From contig JAUCBJ010007487.1 of NCBI GenBank assembly GCA_032718475.1, positions 1 to 64,000 on the forward strand: a DNA stretch of 64,000 nt, in the 5' to 3' direction. Source of the DNA: Nemertoderma westbladi (taxonomy: Eukaryota > Animalia > Xenacoelomorpha). The translations under genes were made by a program, and so were the position numbers. Shown in pieces: positions 44,934-56,248 of the stretch (positions are counted from its first letter, which is position 1; each line of letters starts with the position of its first letter). Under the pieces are notes generated by a model, which saw only the letters and a list, made by a program, of their open reading frames with translations, was not told the origin of the DNA and ran no database searches.

Positions 44934-47900
44934 ATGTCTGATACTAAGCAGAACCTGTCAGACAGTCTATTAGATGTAACTATCTGCGACTCAGATAGAG
45001 GTGTAGAACCCTCTAGTCGTAAGTTCGGTTCACCTCCCACTGTGAGGAAGGTCATCCCTCCAGTAGTAATAACAGAACCTAGGCTAGTCCAACATCGTAG
45101 GTCTATCATAGGCACTCGAGCTCAGGTCAAGCGGGACCAAGAAGCAGCGGAACAGCAACAACCCGCGAGTCAAGAACTTATTCCTCAGCGGCCCAGCAGC
45201 TCCAGTAGTGAGGATACTGTAGAGCTGACACCTGAGCGCGGAGCAGAGATGACGGATGTGGTTTATACGGATCCCCTTCTCATCCTTCCTGCAGCCGTAC
45301 TCATTAGGTTATTGATCGCGGTGGAAGAACACCAGATCGATTGGGCGAGGAGTCAACGATCAACTAGAGATAGTTATGCGGGGTACACGAGGGAAGAACT
45401 GAACTCTATTGTCGAGTCGCAATGGAACTTTCCCGGACCCGGACTCCCGTTTGATTTATCAGAAGCTGCCTGGGAAGACATACACCGGATGGGAGTAGCC
45501 AAGGAAACCATCGATCCAGCTGTATGGAAGAGGTCCGCAGCCGGATACGCACAGGGATTCTTCAGCTCTATGGAGCGAGTAGAAAGACAACTGTTTAAAC
45601 AACCTCAAGGACCTCAAGAGCAGGGACAGCTGCTTTATCAAGTTAGAGAAAGAGTTCTGCGAATTAGGCTAATCTTATCCGCCTTTGAGGAGGCTTCTAA
45701 AAGAAGACAAGACACGTCGTTGCAAGTTGCCGTAAAGACTTGGTTTCAAAGGGTGAGACGCCAGGTTCAAGGAGCAGCTCAGTGGAAAGCTCAGTTGGAG
45801 GAGCGCTCAACCCATGGAGAATCGACGGACGCTACTTTTTCCCAAATGGAAAGTGAAGCGACGGCAGAGAAACCGCATAAGAAGGATGCCATTGATATCT
45901 ATCTGTCAGACTATCAGCGTTTTTTGGGAGATGAAGAGTTGAGGAGAAGGCTAGAGGGACTTAGCCCTAATAGCGAAGGAGCCAAACTTGTGTTAGATGC
46001 GATTGATGTGGATAGGTTAGCGGCGAACCAAGCTAAATTCGATGAACAACTCCGCATCGCTAGAGAAAAGGAAGAACAAGTAAGGAAAAAACGTATAGAA
46101 GACAGAAAGATAGCAGCAGTGGCAAAGGCAGAAAGAAAAGCGGCAGCGGCAGAGGCAAAAGCGGCAGCGGCAGAGGCAAAAGCGGCAGCGGCAGAGGCAA
46201 AAGCGGCAGCAGTGGCGGAAGCAGAACGAAAAGCGGCAGCGGCAGAGGCAAAAGCAGCAGTGGCAGAGGCAAAAGCGGCAGCAGTGGCGGAAGTAGAACG
46301 AAAAGCGGCTGAAGAGATCATCCAACTGGAGTTGGAAAATCTTCAAGAGAAGCAAGACGACTTCAGTAAACAGTTAGCAGCTAGTAATATGCAGATGATG
46401 AGTCGATCTACTCCCAAAAGACAGGGGTATACATCATCTGAGGAAGGCGATACCACCGACACTGAAGGCGGAGGAAAGCGATCTCGTCTAAGCAGACGTA
46501 AAAGAACATTCCACCGTCAGAAATTGCCTGATTTGCCTCCAGCTGTTAGAAGACAACTAAATAACACCAAATTAGGTAGTACAGAACCCACAGACCAAAT
46601 AATTGAAATAGAAAGACTCCCTACTATAGTAGATGAGCCTGAAATAATTAGGCCTGTTCTTGAAATCACCCCTACGGTGATAGACACACCTGTGCTCCCT
46701 GAAGCTACCTATAAATTCCCTCTGCATAGCACTAAGCTACCTGTGCCCCGTAGAACTGCCCAAGAGACAGTTCAGGTCCTGGACCCCGAGCGAAGTATTC
46801 ATGATTTGTCGCCCGTTGTCCCTCGTCTGCCCGCTACGACGTTGGCGGATCCCGTTTCAGCGGTTGATTGGGTAGACGAGAGACGGCGGGGGATGGATAT
46901 CCTCCTCGGAGAGATGAAGGAGAATCGGATACGCTCCTCCCAACAGGTCCGAGAGTTGGAAGGGACTGTCCAACATTTAAAAGGAACAGTGAGGGAAAGT
47001 AAGTTAGAGTTGCAAGAAGTGCAGCAAAGTATCGCGTTAGAACGCGATAAATTAGTAAACTTAAAAAAGGGTATACCACCACCCTCTGTAACAATGTGTC
47101 AACCCGTTAGGTCTGAAGTATCTCATGCGCAAGGTGTGGAGCCTACACGCATCTATACTGCTAGCGAAGTAGAAACTCCTATAGTGAACCCTATTAAGGG
47201 TAATTATAGACCTGTTGATAATGATATTCCCTATAGACCGGATCATAATCCGAGAAATTTATATACCGATAACTCGATATTAAATAACACGATGGCCCAA
47301 GAAAGTTTTACGCGTCAAATGGCTAGAACCGAAGCCCGGCAAGCGGTAAAGGTTGGAGAGATCGTCAAGTTCAATGGAGATGAGATGAAATGGTTACCTT
47401 TTAATGAATATTACAAAGATAACATACAGAACTCTGTACTGTCTAATGGAGAGAAACTTAGGTTCCTCATCGAGTGCTTGGAAGGATCTCCCAAGTTAAT
47501 GGCGTTAAAGTTTATTGGACATCCAGACGGATTAAGACAAGTTTGGGATACACTAAACATCAGGTATGGTAATAAGAATAACATCGCTAAGTATTTATAT
47601 GCAAAATTAGTAGCGCCCAGAAAGTTCATCAACAGTGGGATAATAGAGTTTTCCGATGAGATTCAAGAGATCTGTAGACAATTAGATTGGTTAGGTAAGT
47701 CTCATGAATACCAAAGTTCTATGGTCATTGGAGCTGTGGCTTCTACTTTACCGAAAGGTGGGGTAGGCACACGCTGGGATAAGAAAGTGTTATATATGAT
47801 GGAACAACAACAAAGAGACCCTACCATGTCTGATCTCATGTCATTCCTAGATGGAGAAGTGAAATTACAGCTCCTGAAACTGTCCAGAGAGAAGACACCG

Positions 47901-50900
47901 GAAAACAAGGTAAGTGAAAAACCCGTCTCTAGGAGAAAGATAACACCAGTGTGTTATACAGACGACGGCGAAAGCCAGACTTCTCAAGGAGAAGATAGCG
48001 GGAAGGACACCGATAGATCTTATTACGTGAATAAAATGCCTAAAGATCAGGTGAGTAAATTCAAGTCTCGAACAAATGACAGGAGAGAACAGGTAAGAAA
48101 AACTCCTCCTACGTCTCCCAAGAGAATTCAGGTGAGAAAGCCCGAAGACAAAGCAAGTGTACACAATGTGACTCAGAGTAAGGTGAGTAACATCAAACCG
48201 AAATGTGCGCTATGTGACTGGACCCACCGTTTGAATATGTATGATGAATTCCTGAAGAAATCATTAACTGAGAGACGTGAAGTCATGTGGGATAAGCGGT
48301 TATGTTATAATTGCCTCAGACAAGGACACCAACGGCGTACCTGTTTCTCTGACATAAGGTGTGCGAAGTGTGGTGCGAAACATCATATCTTATTGCACGC
48401 TGAATTCGAGCGAAATAGTCCGAATCAGGTAAGTGATTCCGAACTACATGTCCAATTCAGTGATGTGAACGACACTGATCAATCTGAGATGGAAGGATTC
48501 TATACGGATGAGTTCTCCGATGAAAACGAATCCTGTTACCTGATAAATACCGCAGTGTATCGAGCACTCACATATGAAAAAGATACAGACAGCGACCTCA
48601 CTCTAACTACTTCTGAACGACAACCGTCTTGGAAAGAGCCATCTTCCAATGTAGGGATTAGAGAATTTCCTGTGGTACAAGTAAGGGTTCACGGACCTAA
48701 ACGGAGTTACGTAGTGAACGCCCTCCTTGACTCCGGTAGTACAGGAACATTCATCGACCAAGAGCTAGCCGAAGACATATTTGCTGGACAACCCAAGTTC
48801 CGAACTACGCTAAACATGTCAGGCATTATGCAAGTCTGGAAATCCACAATAACAGCGGATTATTATGTAGGAGCGTTGTCCACCCCCCAGGACGAACTAG
48901 GAGAACATAGCATCAGGTCAGTGAAAATGGTAGCTATAAAGAACTTCGCTACTACCCAAGCAGACCTTTATAATTGGGACGAGGATGAGAGCATCCAACA
49001 TCTTAACATACCTCGATTTCAGACTGATTATTCTGGAGTGCAAATACTCATCGGCCAAAACGCGCATGAAGCGCTGGAGACATTAGAGAAACGGCCTGCT
49101 CAACCGCAGCCACTACAGACCTATGCGGTAAGAACTAGAGTAGGTTGGTACTTTACTGGACCTTCCCGTAGAACACTCAGAGAAAGACTACCGCAAGAGC
49201 GAGTTTGCCAGGTGAGTGAATGGGAAGATGATACTAGTGAAGGAGACGATTTAACTGAGGGAACTCCATACTCCTCAGATAACGACGACATTCACCAGCT
49301 CTTTGATGAAGAGAATACTATCGATCTCCTTAAAGAAAACGAGGCTTGGCAAAACCAAGTGAACTTATGTCAACTTCTTTATCCATCTGAACGAGAAGCT
49401 TATAACGACGAGTTAAATGACGTCATTGAGCGTTGTAATGCCAAGACTCGAGATGAACATGCTGTACGATTCTTTACGCAAGAGGCAGTAGAGCCCAATT
49501 CCTACGATAAGGCCTTATCAGTGGAAGAGGAAAGGGCCAAGCAGATCCAAGAGACGACTACACGTTTCATCAAAGATCAAGGTAGGTATGAAGTCGGTTT
49601 ACCTTTTCGCAAGAAAGAACCGAAGTTCATCAATAACAGACCTTTGGCGGAAAAAAGAATCGCGCAACTCCATCGACGCCTTACGGCTAATTCTTCAGCT
49701 AAAGCAATGTATCAAACACAGCTGGAAAAATTTATTAACAAGGGATACGCGGAGAGAGTACCGGAAGAAACACCTGTGACTGAAAGAACGTATTACTTAA
49801 CTCACCATTACGTTCCTAAACCCGGTAAGCCACACGAAGTGAGAGTAGTGTTTGATGGCTCCGCTCTTTACATGGGTCAATCCCTTAACTCTGAATTGTT
49901 ACCCGGACCCAACTTGCTTCAATCTTTGTTGGGAATTCTTTTAAGATTGAGACAATATTCGATTGCTTTCGCCTCCGATATAGAAGGCATGTTCTTACAA
50001 GTCAAGGTGTTAGATAGGGATCGAGATAGTCTACGATTTCTGTGGTGGCCCGAAGGAGATCTCAACCAGAAACCGGTGGAGTACTGGATGACCATCCAGG
50101 CCTTTGGGATAATCTCAAGCCCTTCCAACGCCTGTTCGGTAGTGCGTACTACTGCAGAGGACAACCGAGAGGCATTCTCTAAGGAAGTGATCGACAACAT
50201 CAAGAGAGACATATACATGGACGACAATCTGAAGTCCCTCCCATCAGTTGAGGAAGCCATTGAGGTCGCTAAGGGAACGGTAGAGTGCTTAAAAAGAGGT
50301 GGATTTCGATTAACCAAATTCACCAGCAACTCCCGTGAGTTTCTGGAGTCGATCCCTGCGGAAGATCGAGGAGCGAAAGATCTCGATTTGATCAAAGATG
50401 ATCTGCCAGAGACCAAGACACTCGGCTTGAAATGGGACACAGAGCGAGATATCCTGTTTTTCCAGCTAAAACAGCGCGATAATCCAGTTCGAACCAAACG
50501 GATTTGCTTAAGTATACTGAGCACTTATTTCGATCCATTGGGATTTATTAGCCCAGTTATATTGATTGCTCGTAGTTTGGTACAACAAATGTGGCTTGAA
50601 AACCACTCATGGGACGATCCACTTAAGGGGGAATTATTGAAGCAGTGGATGAAATGGGAAGATTCTCTGCCAGTTATCGAGGATTTTATAATTTCCCGTT
50701 CATATTTTGGTCATGTTCTCCCTACGTATTCCTATCAACTCCATGTGTTTGGAGACGCCAGCGATATGGGAATCGGTATAGTAGCCTACCTAAGAGTGGA
50801 AACTCCGGATGGAATCAAAGTCGCCTTGGTTACTTCTAAGGCATTAATCAACAACAAGTTGAAAGTTCCTCGAGCGGAGTTAAAAGCGGCTCTATACGCT

Positions 50901-53099
50901 ACAGCCATCGGCCGGAATGTAACCGAACAGATTGACTATACATTAGAGAAAACTGTCTATTGGACCGACGTTTTACTCGTGTTAGAGTATATAACCAATG
51001 AAGTCTGTCAGTTCAGCGTCTTCGTTACCAACAGGGTAGCCATCATACTTAGTCGCACGACGATGGACCAATGGAGACATTGCCCCAGAACGATTAACCC
51101 AGCAGACATCGCTTCCCGAGGAGCGACTCCAAAGGAATTGGTAAATACTCCCGAATGGTTAGGAGGACCCGACTTTCTCTACAGAGAAGAAGAAGAATGG
51201 CCTCCCCATCTCACAACAGCAGAGATCAGACAGGCCAAGGGAGCGGAGAAAGTTAAACCCAAAACTCGAGCGAGTAAATCGAAGTTGTTTAAACCTGCGG
51301 TTGATCTATCTGTATTATTTACTTCCGGAGATGATGCTTTGGATCAGAAACCCACCGCCACGACTAAAGAAATCTTGGAAATCCGTGACAAGGATTGGAA
51401 ATCTGGAATACCAGATATCGCGCAAGGACTCTCACCTCTCTTGCAGAGAGCGATACGTCACTACAGTTCCTGGAATCGGCTCTGTAAAGCTGTTACCTAT
51501 TTGAAACGATGTTTTCATCATCGTTACTCCGGAACAAAGACCCATAGTGATGATGCTCCATCAACATCTGCACGAGTCCATGTTGTTAAAGATCTTCCCC
51601 AATACAAGGTATCCGACAGGTTTCTAAAGGAGAAGATCAGTTACCAGGAGCATGATGAAACCAACAAACAGATGCTGAGACTTCTACAATGTTATGAGGA
51701 TTCCGATAAGTATTTCCTGTTGTTAAGAAATCCGCAGATGCGCTTAAGGGATCGCTTCTCTAGTACCATGATAGATGGGTTAATACGTGTTGGAGGTAGG
51801 CTGACCAACGCCCCATTATCCTTTGACACTAAGTTTCCCATCCTCATTAGAAATCTTGACATACAAATCAAGATAATTGTAGATGTTCATAGCAAACTGT
51901 ACCATGCTGGTAGAGAACGAGTTCTGAGCGAAATTCGAACTCGCTACTATTTTTATAAACCCCGTAGGGCTCTGAACCAAGTTCTTAGGAACTGCATACC
52001 CTGTAGGAAAGCATTCAGTAGGCCTTTAACACAGCGAGAGGCAGAATTACCTAGGGAAAGAGTAAGCTTCTATGAACCACCCTTTACTAATACCGGTGTG
52101 GATTTATTTGGCCCTATTGAAGTATATCGTGCCCGGACTATAGTCAAGAGATGGTGTGTCATCTTCGTTTGTATGACTTGTAGAGCTATCCATCTCGATA
52201 TGGTAAACGATCTCTCCACCAACAGCTTCGTGTTGAGTTTACGACGACAGATCGCTCGCTTCGGAACCAGTAACACGATGAGATCGGATAAGGGAACGAA
52301 CTTCATTGGCGCCAACAACGAAATTCAAGCTTACGTAAAGGACTGGAACAAAAGACAGGTGGACGATCAGCTAAGGATAACAGCGTCTAGCTGGACCTTC
52401 AACGCCGCCGACGCCCCTTGGTGGGGAGGAAGTTGGGAGAGATTGATTAGGAGCGTGAAGACTGCGTTCCACTTTATTGTGCCTTGTCGCGCTTATCTCA
52501 CCGACGAACTATTGCGGACGTTAATGGAGGAAATCGCCGCCTATCTCAACGAAAGACCGCTTATGCCAGTCTCTTCAAATCCTGATTCCCTGGAAGCGCT
52601 AACACCCGCGCACTTTCTACTGAAGAAACCCGTAGCCATGCTCCCACGATCGGAGATCACAGACGGAGACGAGTACTGCCGTCGAACCTGGCAACTTATG
52701 CAGTTGCTATCCCGTCGTTTCGCTGACCATTTCGAGAAACATTCCCTGCCCACTCTACAACTTCGAACTAAGTGGTTTGCGCAGCAAGAAAACGTCAGCG
52801 CTGGAGACATGGTGCTTATTGTGGACCCCGATCTCCCACGTAAGCGATGGCAAACAGGACGTATCATCGAGACTTATATCTCGAGCGATGGTTTGGTGCG
52901 ATCAGTAGAGCTCGTCGTCATGCGGCGGAACTTTAAGAAACCAGGGATAGTCTTTGAGACTCAACAGCTCAATCGCCCAGTGGGTCGTTTATGTTTACTG
53001 GAAAGAGACAGAGAGCTCTCCGGAAACTATGGAAGGCAAGAAACTCTTCCCACGACCACTTCCCTAATTCAACCGACATCTAGGGGCTCCCCAACTTAA
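44934..53099 (+). CDS. Element B Gag-Pol polyprotein
   Basis: KAAAAEA coiled-coil repeats, IVKFNGDEMKW (gag), CYNCLRQGHQRRTC and CAKCGAKHHILLH, ALLDSGST (PR), YYLTHH..VRVVFDGS and IYMDDN (RT), VFGDAS/PRAEL/NPADIASRG (RNase H), GVDLFGP, SDKGTNF, WERLI (IN). Confidence 0.97.
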   Translation: MSDTKQNLSDSLLDVTICDSDRGVEPSSRKFGSPPTVRKVIPPVVITEPRLVQHRRSIIGTRAQVKRDQEAAEQQQPASQELIPQRPSSSSSEDTVELTPERGAEMTDVVYTDPLLILPAAVLIRLLIAVEEHQIDWARSQRSTRDSYAGYTREELNSIVESQWNFPGPGLPFDLSEAAWEDIHRMGVAKETIDPAVWKRSAAGYAQGFFSSMERVERQLFKQPQGPQEQGQLLYQVRERVLRIRLILSAFEEASKRRQDTSLQVAVKTWFQRVRRQVQGAAQWKAQLEERSTHGESTDATFSQMESEATAEKPHKKDAIDIYLSDYQRFLGDEELRRRLEGLSPNSEGAKLVLDAIDVDRLAANQAKFDEQLRIAREKEEQVRKKRIEDRKIAAVAKAERKAAAAEAKAAAAEAKAAAAEAKAAAVAEAERKAAAAEAKAAVAEAKAAAVAEVERKAAEEIIQLELENLQEKQDDFSKQLAASNMQMMSRSTPKRQGYTSSEEGDTTDTEGGGKRSRLSRRKRTFHRQKLPDLPPAVRRQLNNTKLGSTEPTDQIIEIERLPTIVDEPEIIRPVLEITPTVIDTPVLPEATYKFPLHSTKLPVPRRTAQETVQVLDPERSIHDLSPVVPRLPATTLADPVSAVDWVDERRRGMDILLGEMKENRIRSSQQVRELEGTVQHLKGTVRESKLELQEVQQSIALERDKLVNLKKGIPPPSVTMCQPVRSEVSHAQGVEPTRIYTASEVETPIVNPIKGNYRPVDNDIPYRPDHNPRNLYTDNSILNNTMAQESFTRQMARTEARQAVKVGEIVKFNGDEMKWLPFNEYYKDNIQNSVLSNGEKLRFLIECLEGSPKLMALKFIGHPDGLRQVWDTLNIRYGNKNNIAKYLYAKLVAPRKFINSGIIEFSDEIQEICRQLDWLGKSHEYQSSMVIGAVASTLPKGGVGTRWDKKVLYMMEQQQRDPTMSDLMSFLDGEVKLQLLKLSREKTPENKVSEKPVSRRKITPVCYTDDGESQTSQGEDSGKDTDRSYYVNKMPKDQVSKFKSRTNDRREQVRKTPPTSPKRIQVRKPEDKASVHNVTQSKVSNIKPKCALCDWTHRLNMYDEFLKKSLTERREVMWDKRLCYNCLRQGHQRRTCFSDIRCAKCGAKHHILLHAEFERNSPNQVSDSELHVQFSDVNDTDQSEMEGFYTDEFSDENESCYLINTAVYRALTYEKDTDSDLTLTTSERQPSWKEPSSNVGIREFPVVQVRVHGPKRSYVVNALLDSGSTGTFIDQELAEDIFAGQPKFRTTLNMSGIMQVWKSTITADYYVGALSTPQDELGEHSIRSVKMVAIKNFATTQADLYNWDEDESIQHLNIPRFQTDYSGVQILIGQNAHEALETLEKRPAQPQPLQTYAVRTRVGWYFTGPSRRTLRERLPQERVCQVSEWEDDTSEGDDLTEGTPYSSDNDDIHQLFDEENTIDLLKENEAWQNQVNLCQLLYPSEREAYNDELNDVIERCNAKTRDEHAVRFFTQEAVEPNSYDKALSVEEERAKQIQETTTRFIKDQGRYEVGLPFRKKEPKFINNRPLAEKRIAQLHRRLTANSSAKAMYQTQLEKFINKGYAERVPEETPVTERTYYLTHHYVPKPGKPHEVRVVFDGSALYMGQSLNSELLPGPNLLQSLLGILLRLRQYSIAFASDIEGMFLQVKVLDRDRDSLRFLWWPEGDLNQKPVEYWMTIQAFGIISSPSNACSVVRTTAEDNREAFSKEVIDNIKRDIYMDDNLKSLPSVEEAIEVAKGTVECLKRGGFRLTKFTSNSREFLESIPAEDRGAKDLDLIKDDLPETKTLGLKWDTERDILFFQLKQRDNPVRTKRICLSILSTYFDPLGFISPVILIARSLVQQMWLENHSWDDPLKGELLKQWMKWEDSLPVIEDFIISRSYFGHVLPTYSYQLHVFGDASDMGIGIVAYLRVETPDGIKVALVTSKALINNKLKVPRAELKAALYATAIGRNVTEQIDYTLEKTVYWTDVLLVLEYITNEVCQFSVFVTNRVAIILSRTTMDQWRHCPRTINPADIASRGATPKELVNTPEWLGGPDFLYREEEEWPPHLTTAEIRQAKGAEKVKPKTRASKSKLFKPAVDLSVLFTSGDDALDQKPTATTKEILEIRDKDWKSGIPDIAQGLSPLLQRAIRHYSSWNRLCKAVTYLKRCFHHRYSGTKTHSDDAPSTSARVHVVKDLPQYKVSDRFLKEKISYQEHDETNKQMLRLLQCYEDSDKYFLLLRNPQMRLRDRFSSTMIDGLIRVGGRLTNAPLSFDTKFPILIRNLDIQIKIIVDVHSKLYHAGRERVLSEIRTRYYFYKPRRALNQVLRNCIPCRKAFSRPLTQREAELPRERVSFYEPPFTNTGVDLFGPIEVYRARTIVKRWCVIFVCMTCRAIHLDMVNDLSTNSFVLSLRRQIARFGTSNTMRSDKGTNFIGANNEIQAYVKDWNKRQVDDQLRITASSWTFNAADAPWWGGSWERLIRSVKTAFHFIVPCRAYLTDELLRTLMEEIAAYLNERPLMPVSSNPDSLEALTPAHFLLKKPVAMLPRSEITDGDEYCRRTWQLMQLLSRRFADHFEKHSLPTLQLRTKWFAQQENVSAGDMVLIVDPDLPRKRWQTGRIIETYISSDGLVRSVELVVMRRNFKKPGIVFETQQLNRPVGRLCLLERDRELSGNYGRQETLPTTTSLIQPTSRGSPT

Positions 53100-54733
53100 T
53101 ATCGTTCGGAGTGGGCGTGTGACTCTATTATTTTATATTATTTTATTATTTTTATATTTATGTATGTATTACTATGTAATTTTATTATAATCGTTTTATT
53201 TAATCTAGTAGAATATTATTTAGCGATTATTTTGTAGAATAGTGCAATATATTCGTGTTTATTACGTACGTCATTACTTATATTATATTTAGTGAGACGG
53301 CGAAGAAATAATTATTTTTCTCTTTCCTTACTGTCCGTATTATATTATAAATACGTAACTACAGTAAGATGAAATGTCCGTACTTATTAAAGTACAATAA
53401 AGCCACTACTATATTTAAGTATTATTGGTAGGCAGAGTATTAGGAATGCAAAGTTCAGATCCTCGTGTCTCGGCTAAACCAAGCTCTGGGTAGACCTTGG
53501 AAACGACTTGCCTCTTCACACTGACATTGCTTCGTGCGATATTGCTCTCATACCGTATATTAAATAATACATATAGTAGCGTGATGTCCCTTTAACAGTA
53601 GCGTATAACGCAAAATAAATCTGTTAAACCCTTTGACCATCTGTAATTCTAGTCGATTAAGATATCGTGGCACCCACCGATATACTTGAAAGACAAATTA
53701 TAGAATCAGTGGTTAACGTCCCCAGACAAGTTCTGGAATAAATCGGTGCCCATCTCAAATATTAATTAGTTAATATTTACAAATCAAATAAGTCAAAATC
53801 TGTAAAATTCAGATCCTTCAACAATTCTCGTCAATTAAGATATCGTAGCATTTACCGATATTCTTAAAGAGACAATTTTCTTAGAATTAAGGATCTTGTG
53901 TCCCTAGACAAGTTCTAGAATCAAAATATGTCCATTTAATTATCAAATAATAAAATTTCAGGGAATAAATTTAAATTCATGTCTTTTAATGAATTTAATA
54001 AATTGCCATTTTACGCGATTTATAACATTCCCAAAATTCCATTAATTAATAGATCAAGGGAGCGGAGATTTGTATTATTGTGCGTGTGCGTGTACGAAAG
54101 TCTCCCAAACATAGTCAATAGCCGATAAAATTCGTAAAGTCATGTATAAACAGGACATTGACTATTAAAGAATTCCTATTAAATAACATCCCAGATCTGT
54201 ATGCATTGGAATTACCCTAATTCTACCGCTAGCTTTACATAATGTCACCATAGCAACAACCACGCTAGAATTAGAATTGAGTTAAAAGAACAATAGAAAG
54301 CTTGTCCCATTGAATAGCATAGGGAATAAATAGCGCACTGCTAGTATCCAAGGATACATAATAATACAGTGACATTCTGGAAGGCATTGACTAACGGACA
54401 AATGGCCCGAATGTGCGTAGTTGTGACCAGTTGTGTGGTATTTGTGAGTTTATAGGTGAATGTTACTGCTAAAGTGTGTTTACAGTAGCTAGTCGCAATC
54501 GTAAAGTAACCTAACTCTCCAAGGAATACCTGAAGTACATCTAAGCCTTTGGGACGGACAGTGGAGTGACTTGTGCCGGTTATCGTTGTCGTTGTACAGC
54601 TACGTCGTTGGCGAAAGTACAGCTACACTGAGAATCTCCTACTGTCCGGGGGCAAGGGAGAAATAGGCAGCGACGCCCGCTCGCCTAACGATATATAAAC
54701 TCATTATAATATTGGTGAACTTGTATAGCAGAT

Positions 54734-56149
54734 ATGACTGAATTAATAGAAGATGATCTTGGTATCAGGGAGAGATATACTCTACCTTTACAAGCGTTTG
54801 TCGATAGCTTGATACGCGGCGACGCTGATCCAACTACTACGGAAGACGATGGTCGTTATATCGAACCGCCAATGTCCCAGGAGCAACTTACGCGTGAATT
54901 GGATTATAGAAAGTTCACTGCTCGCTATACGCATCGTAATGGTACGTATATGGACTTCTTGACTACTGGTCACCCTATCGATTTACACGATACGGACGAT
55001 GTAGACACCGAAAGGGAAATGGTTTTATTTAAATATCATACCCAGCGGAGTCGAAACGATAAATCGAGAATAGAACACGAGAACTCTATTCGAAACAAAC
55101 TCGAAAGAGAAGACGTTGAAGAACCTGATAAACGTAACGGTTTCAACGATTATCTAGAATTCTTACGAGAGACCTATCTCAATGTTGCCAGTCAACAAAA
55201 CCTCGAAACTCGATATCCCCAAGGTATACATCCAGATCCTATAATGGAACTCAAACGGCTCTATTTTACGATGATGTATCTTACCGCCGATCGACCGCTA
55301 CCTGTCGTTCCAGATAGCTTCGAACAGATGGAGGAATATTGTAAAACTGGAGAGCGATCACCCGCGTTTCCCCTTCAAGACGTGCGTCTTTGGTATTACT
55401 GTGACGAATGCCCTAGACCTAACCAGCAAATCGAAAGGCATAAACATCCTCGGAGACGTTGCGCTAAACACAGTTTTACGCGATATACTTATGGGAGTTT
55501 CGAGCGTAACCTTTTCGATGTATCACCTACGGTCGCGCGCCTTAAGCGATCATTGAATAAACCCATGATCAGAGTTCCGGAATACTCGGTCAGACCTCCC
55601 CATTCCCAAGTGATACCTCAAACTCTAGATCCTAATAGTATTACGGATCCTCCCGAACTGTACTCACTGTTCAAAGATCTGGTGTTACCTGAACAGTTGA
55701 TTGGTGGCACTCCGGTAGTGGGTTCGTTGGATATTCGCCAACCTTACCTCGCTGGACTAGGACGCGGTCATTTAATATCACCGTTTAACCCCTACAACCG
55801 TCCTGGCCTTCCTCCGATCCAACCTGTTACAGAAGTCGAAGAGAGCGTGATACGAAATGCATTGGACGCTATTCGGCAGAAAATCGGAAAAGGAACTTAC
55901 GATTGCTTGGAGAAACGTAAATTGCAACAACAAGTCCAAGCGGTGAAAGAACTAGCTTTACCCCAGTTCGATAGAGAAATACAAAATCTAGAGGAGGACA
56001 TCGAACGTGGACGAACCTACTCTTTACAGGAATCTTACATACATCTAAGCCTTTGGGACGGACAGTTGAGTGACTTGTGCCGGTTGTCGTTGTCGTTGTG
56101 CGGCTACGTCGTTGGCGAAAGTACAGCGGCGACGACACATCGGCGCTGA
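54734..56149 (+). CDS. Element B extra 3' ORF, unknown function
   Basis: 471-aa ORF between pol and the 3' LTR; ATG 2 nt after a candidate acceptor TAGCAG; Cys/His cluster YCDEC..HKH..CAKH; C-terminal coiled coil. Confidence 0.75.
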   Translation: MTELIEDDLGIRERYTLPLQAFVDSLIRGDADPTTTEDDGRYIEPPMSQEQLTRELDYRKFTARYTHRNGTYMDFLTTGHPIDLHDTDDVDTEREMVLFKYHTQRSRNDKSRIEHENSIRNKLEREDVEEPDKRNGFNDYLEFLRETYLNVASQQNLETRYPQGIHPDPIMELKRLYFTMMYLTADRPLPVVPDSFEQMEEYCKTGERSPAFPLQDVRLWYYCDECPRPNQQIERHKHPRRRCAKHSFTRYTYGSFERNLFDVSPTVARLKRSLNKPMIRVPEYSVRPPHSQVIPQTLDPNSITDPPELYSLFKDLVLPEQLIGGTPVVGSLDIRQPYLAGLGRGHLISPFNPYNRPGLPPIQPVTEVEESVIRNALDAIRQKIGKGTYDCLEKRKLQQQVQAVKELALPQFDREIQNLEEDIERGRTYSLQESYIHLSLWDGQLSDLCRLSLSLCGYVVGESTAATTHRR

Positions 56150-56248
56150 GGATCTCGTACTGTCCGGGGGTTGATTGGGGTAGGCAGCGACGCCCGCTCG
56201 CCTAAATATAAACTCATTATAATACGGATAAACTCATATATAGCAGAT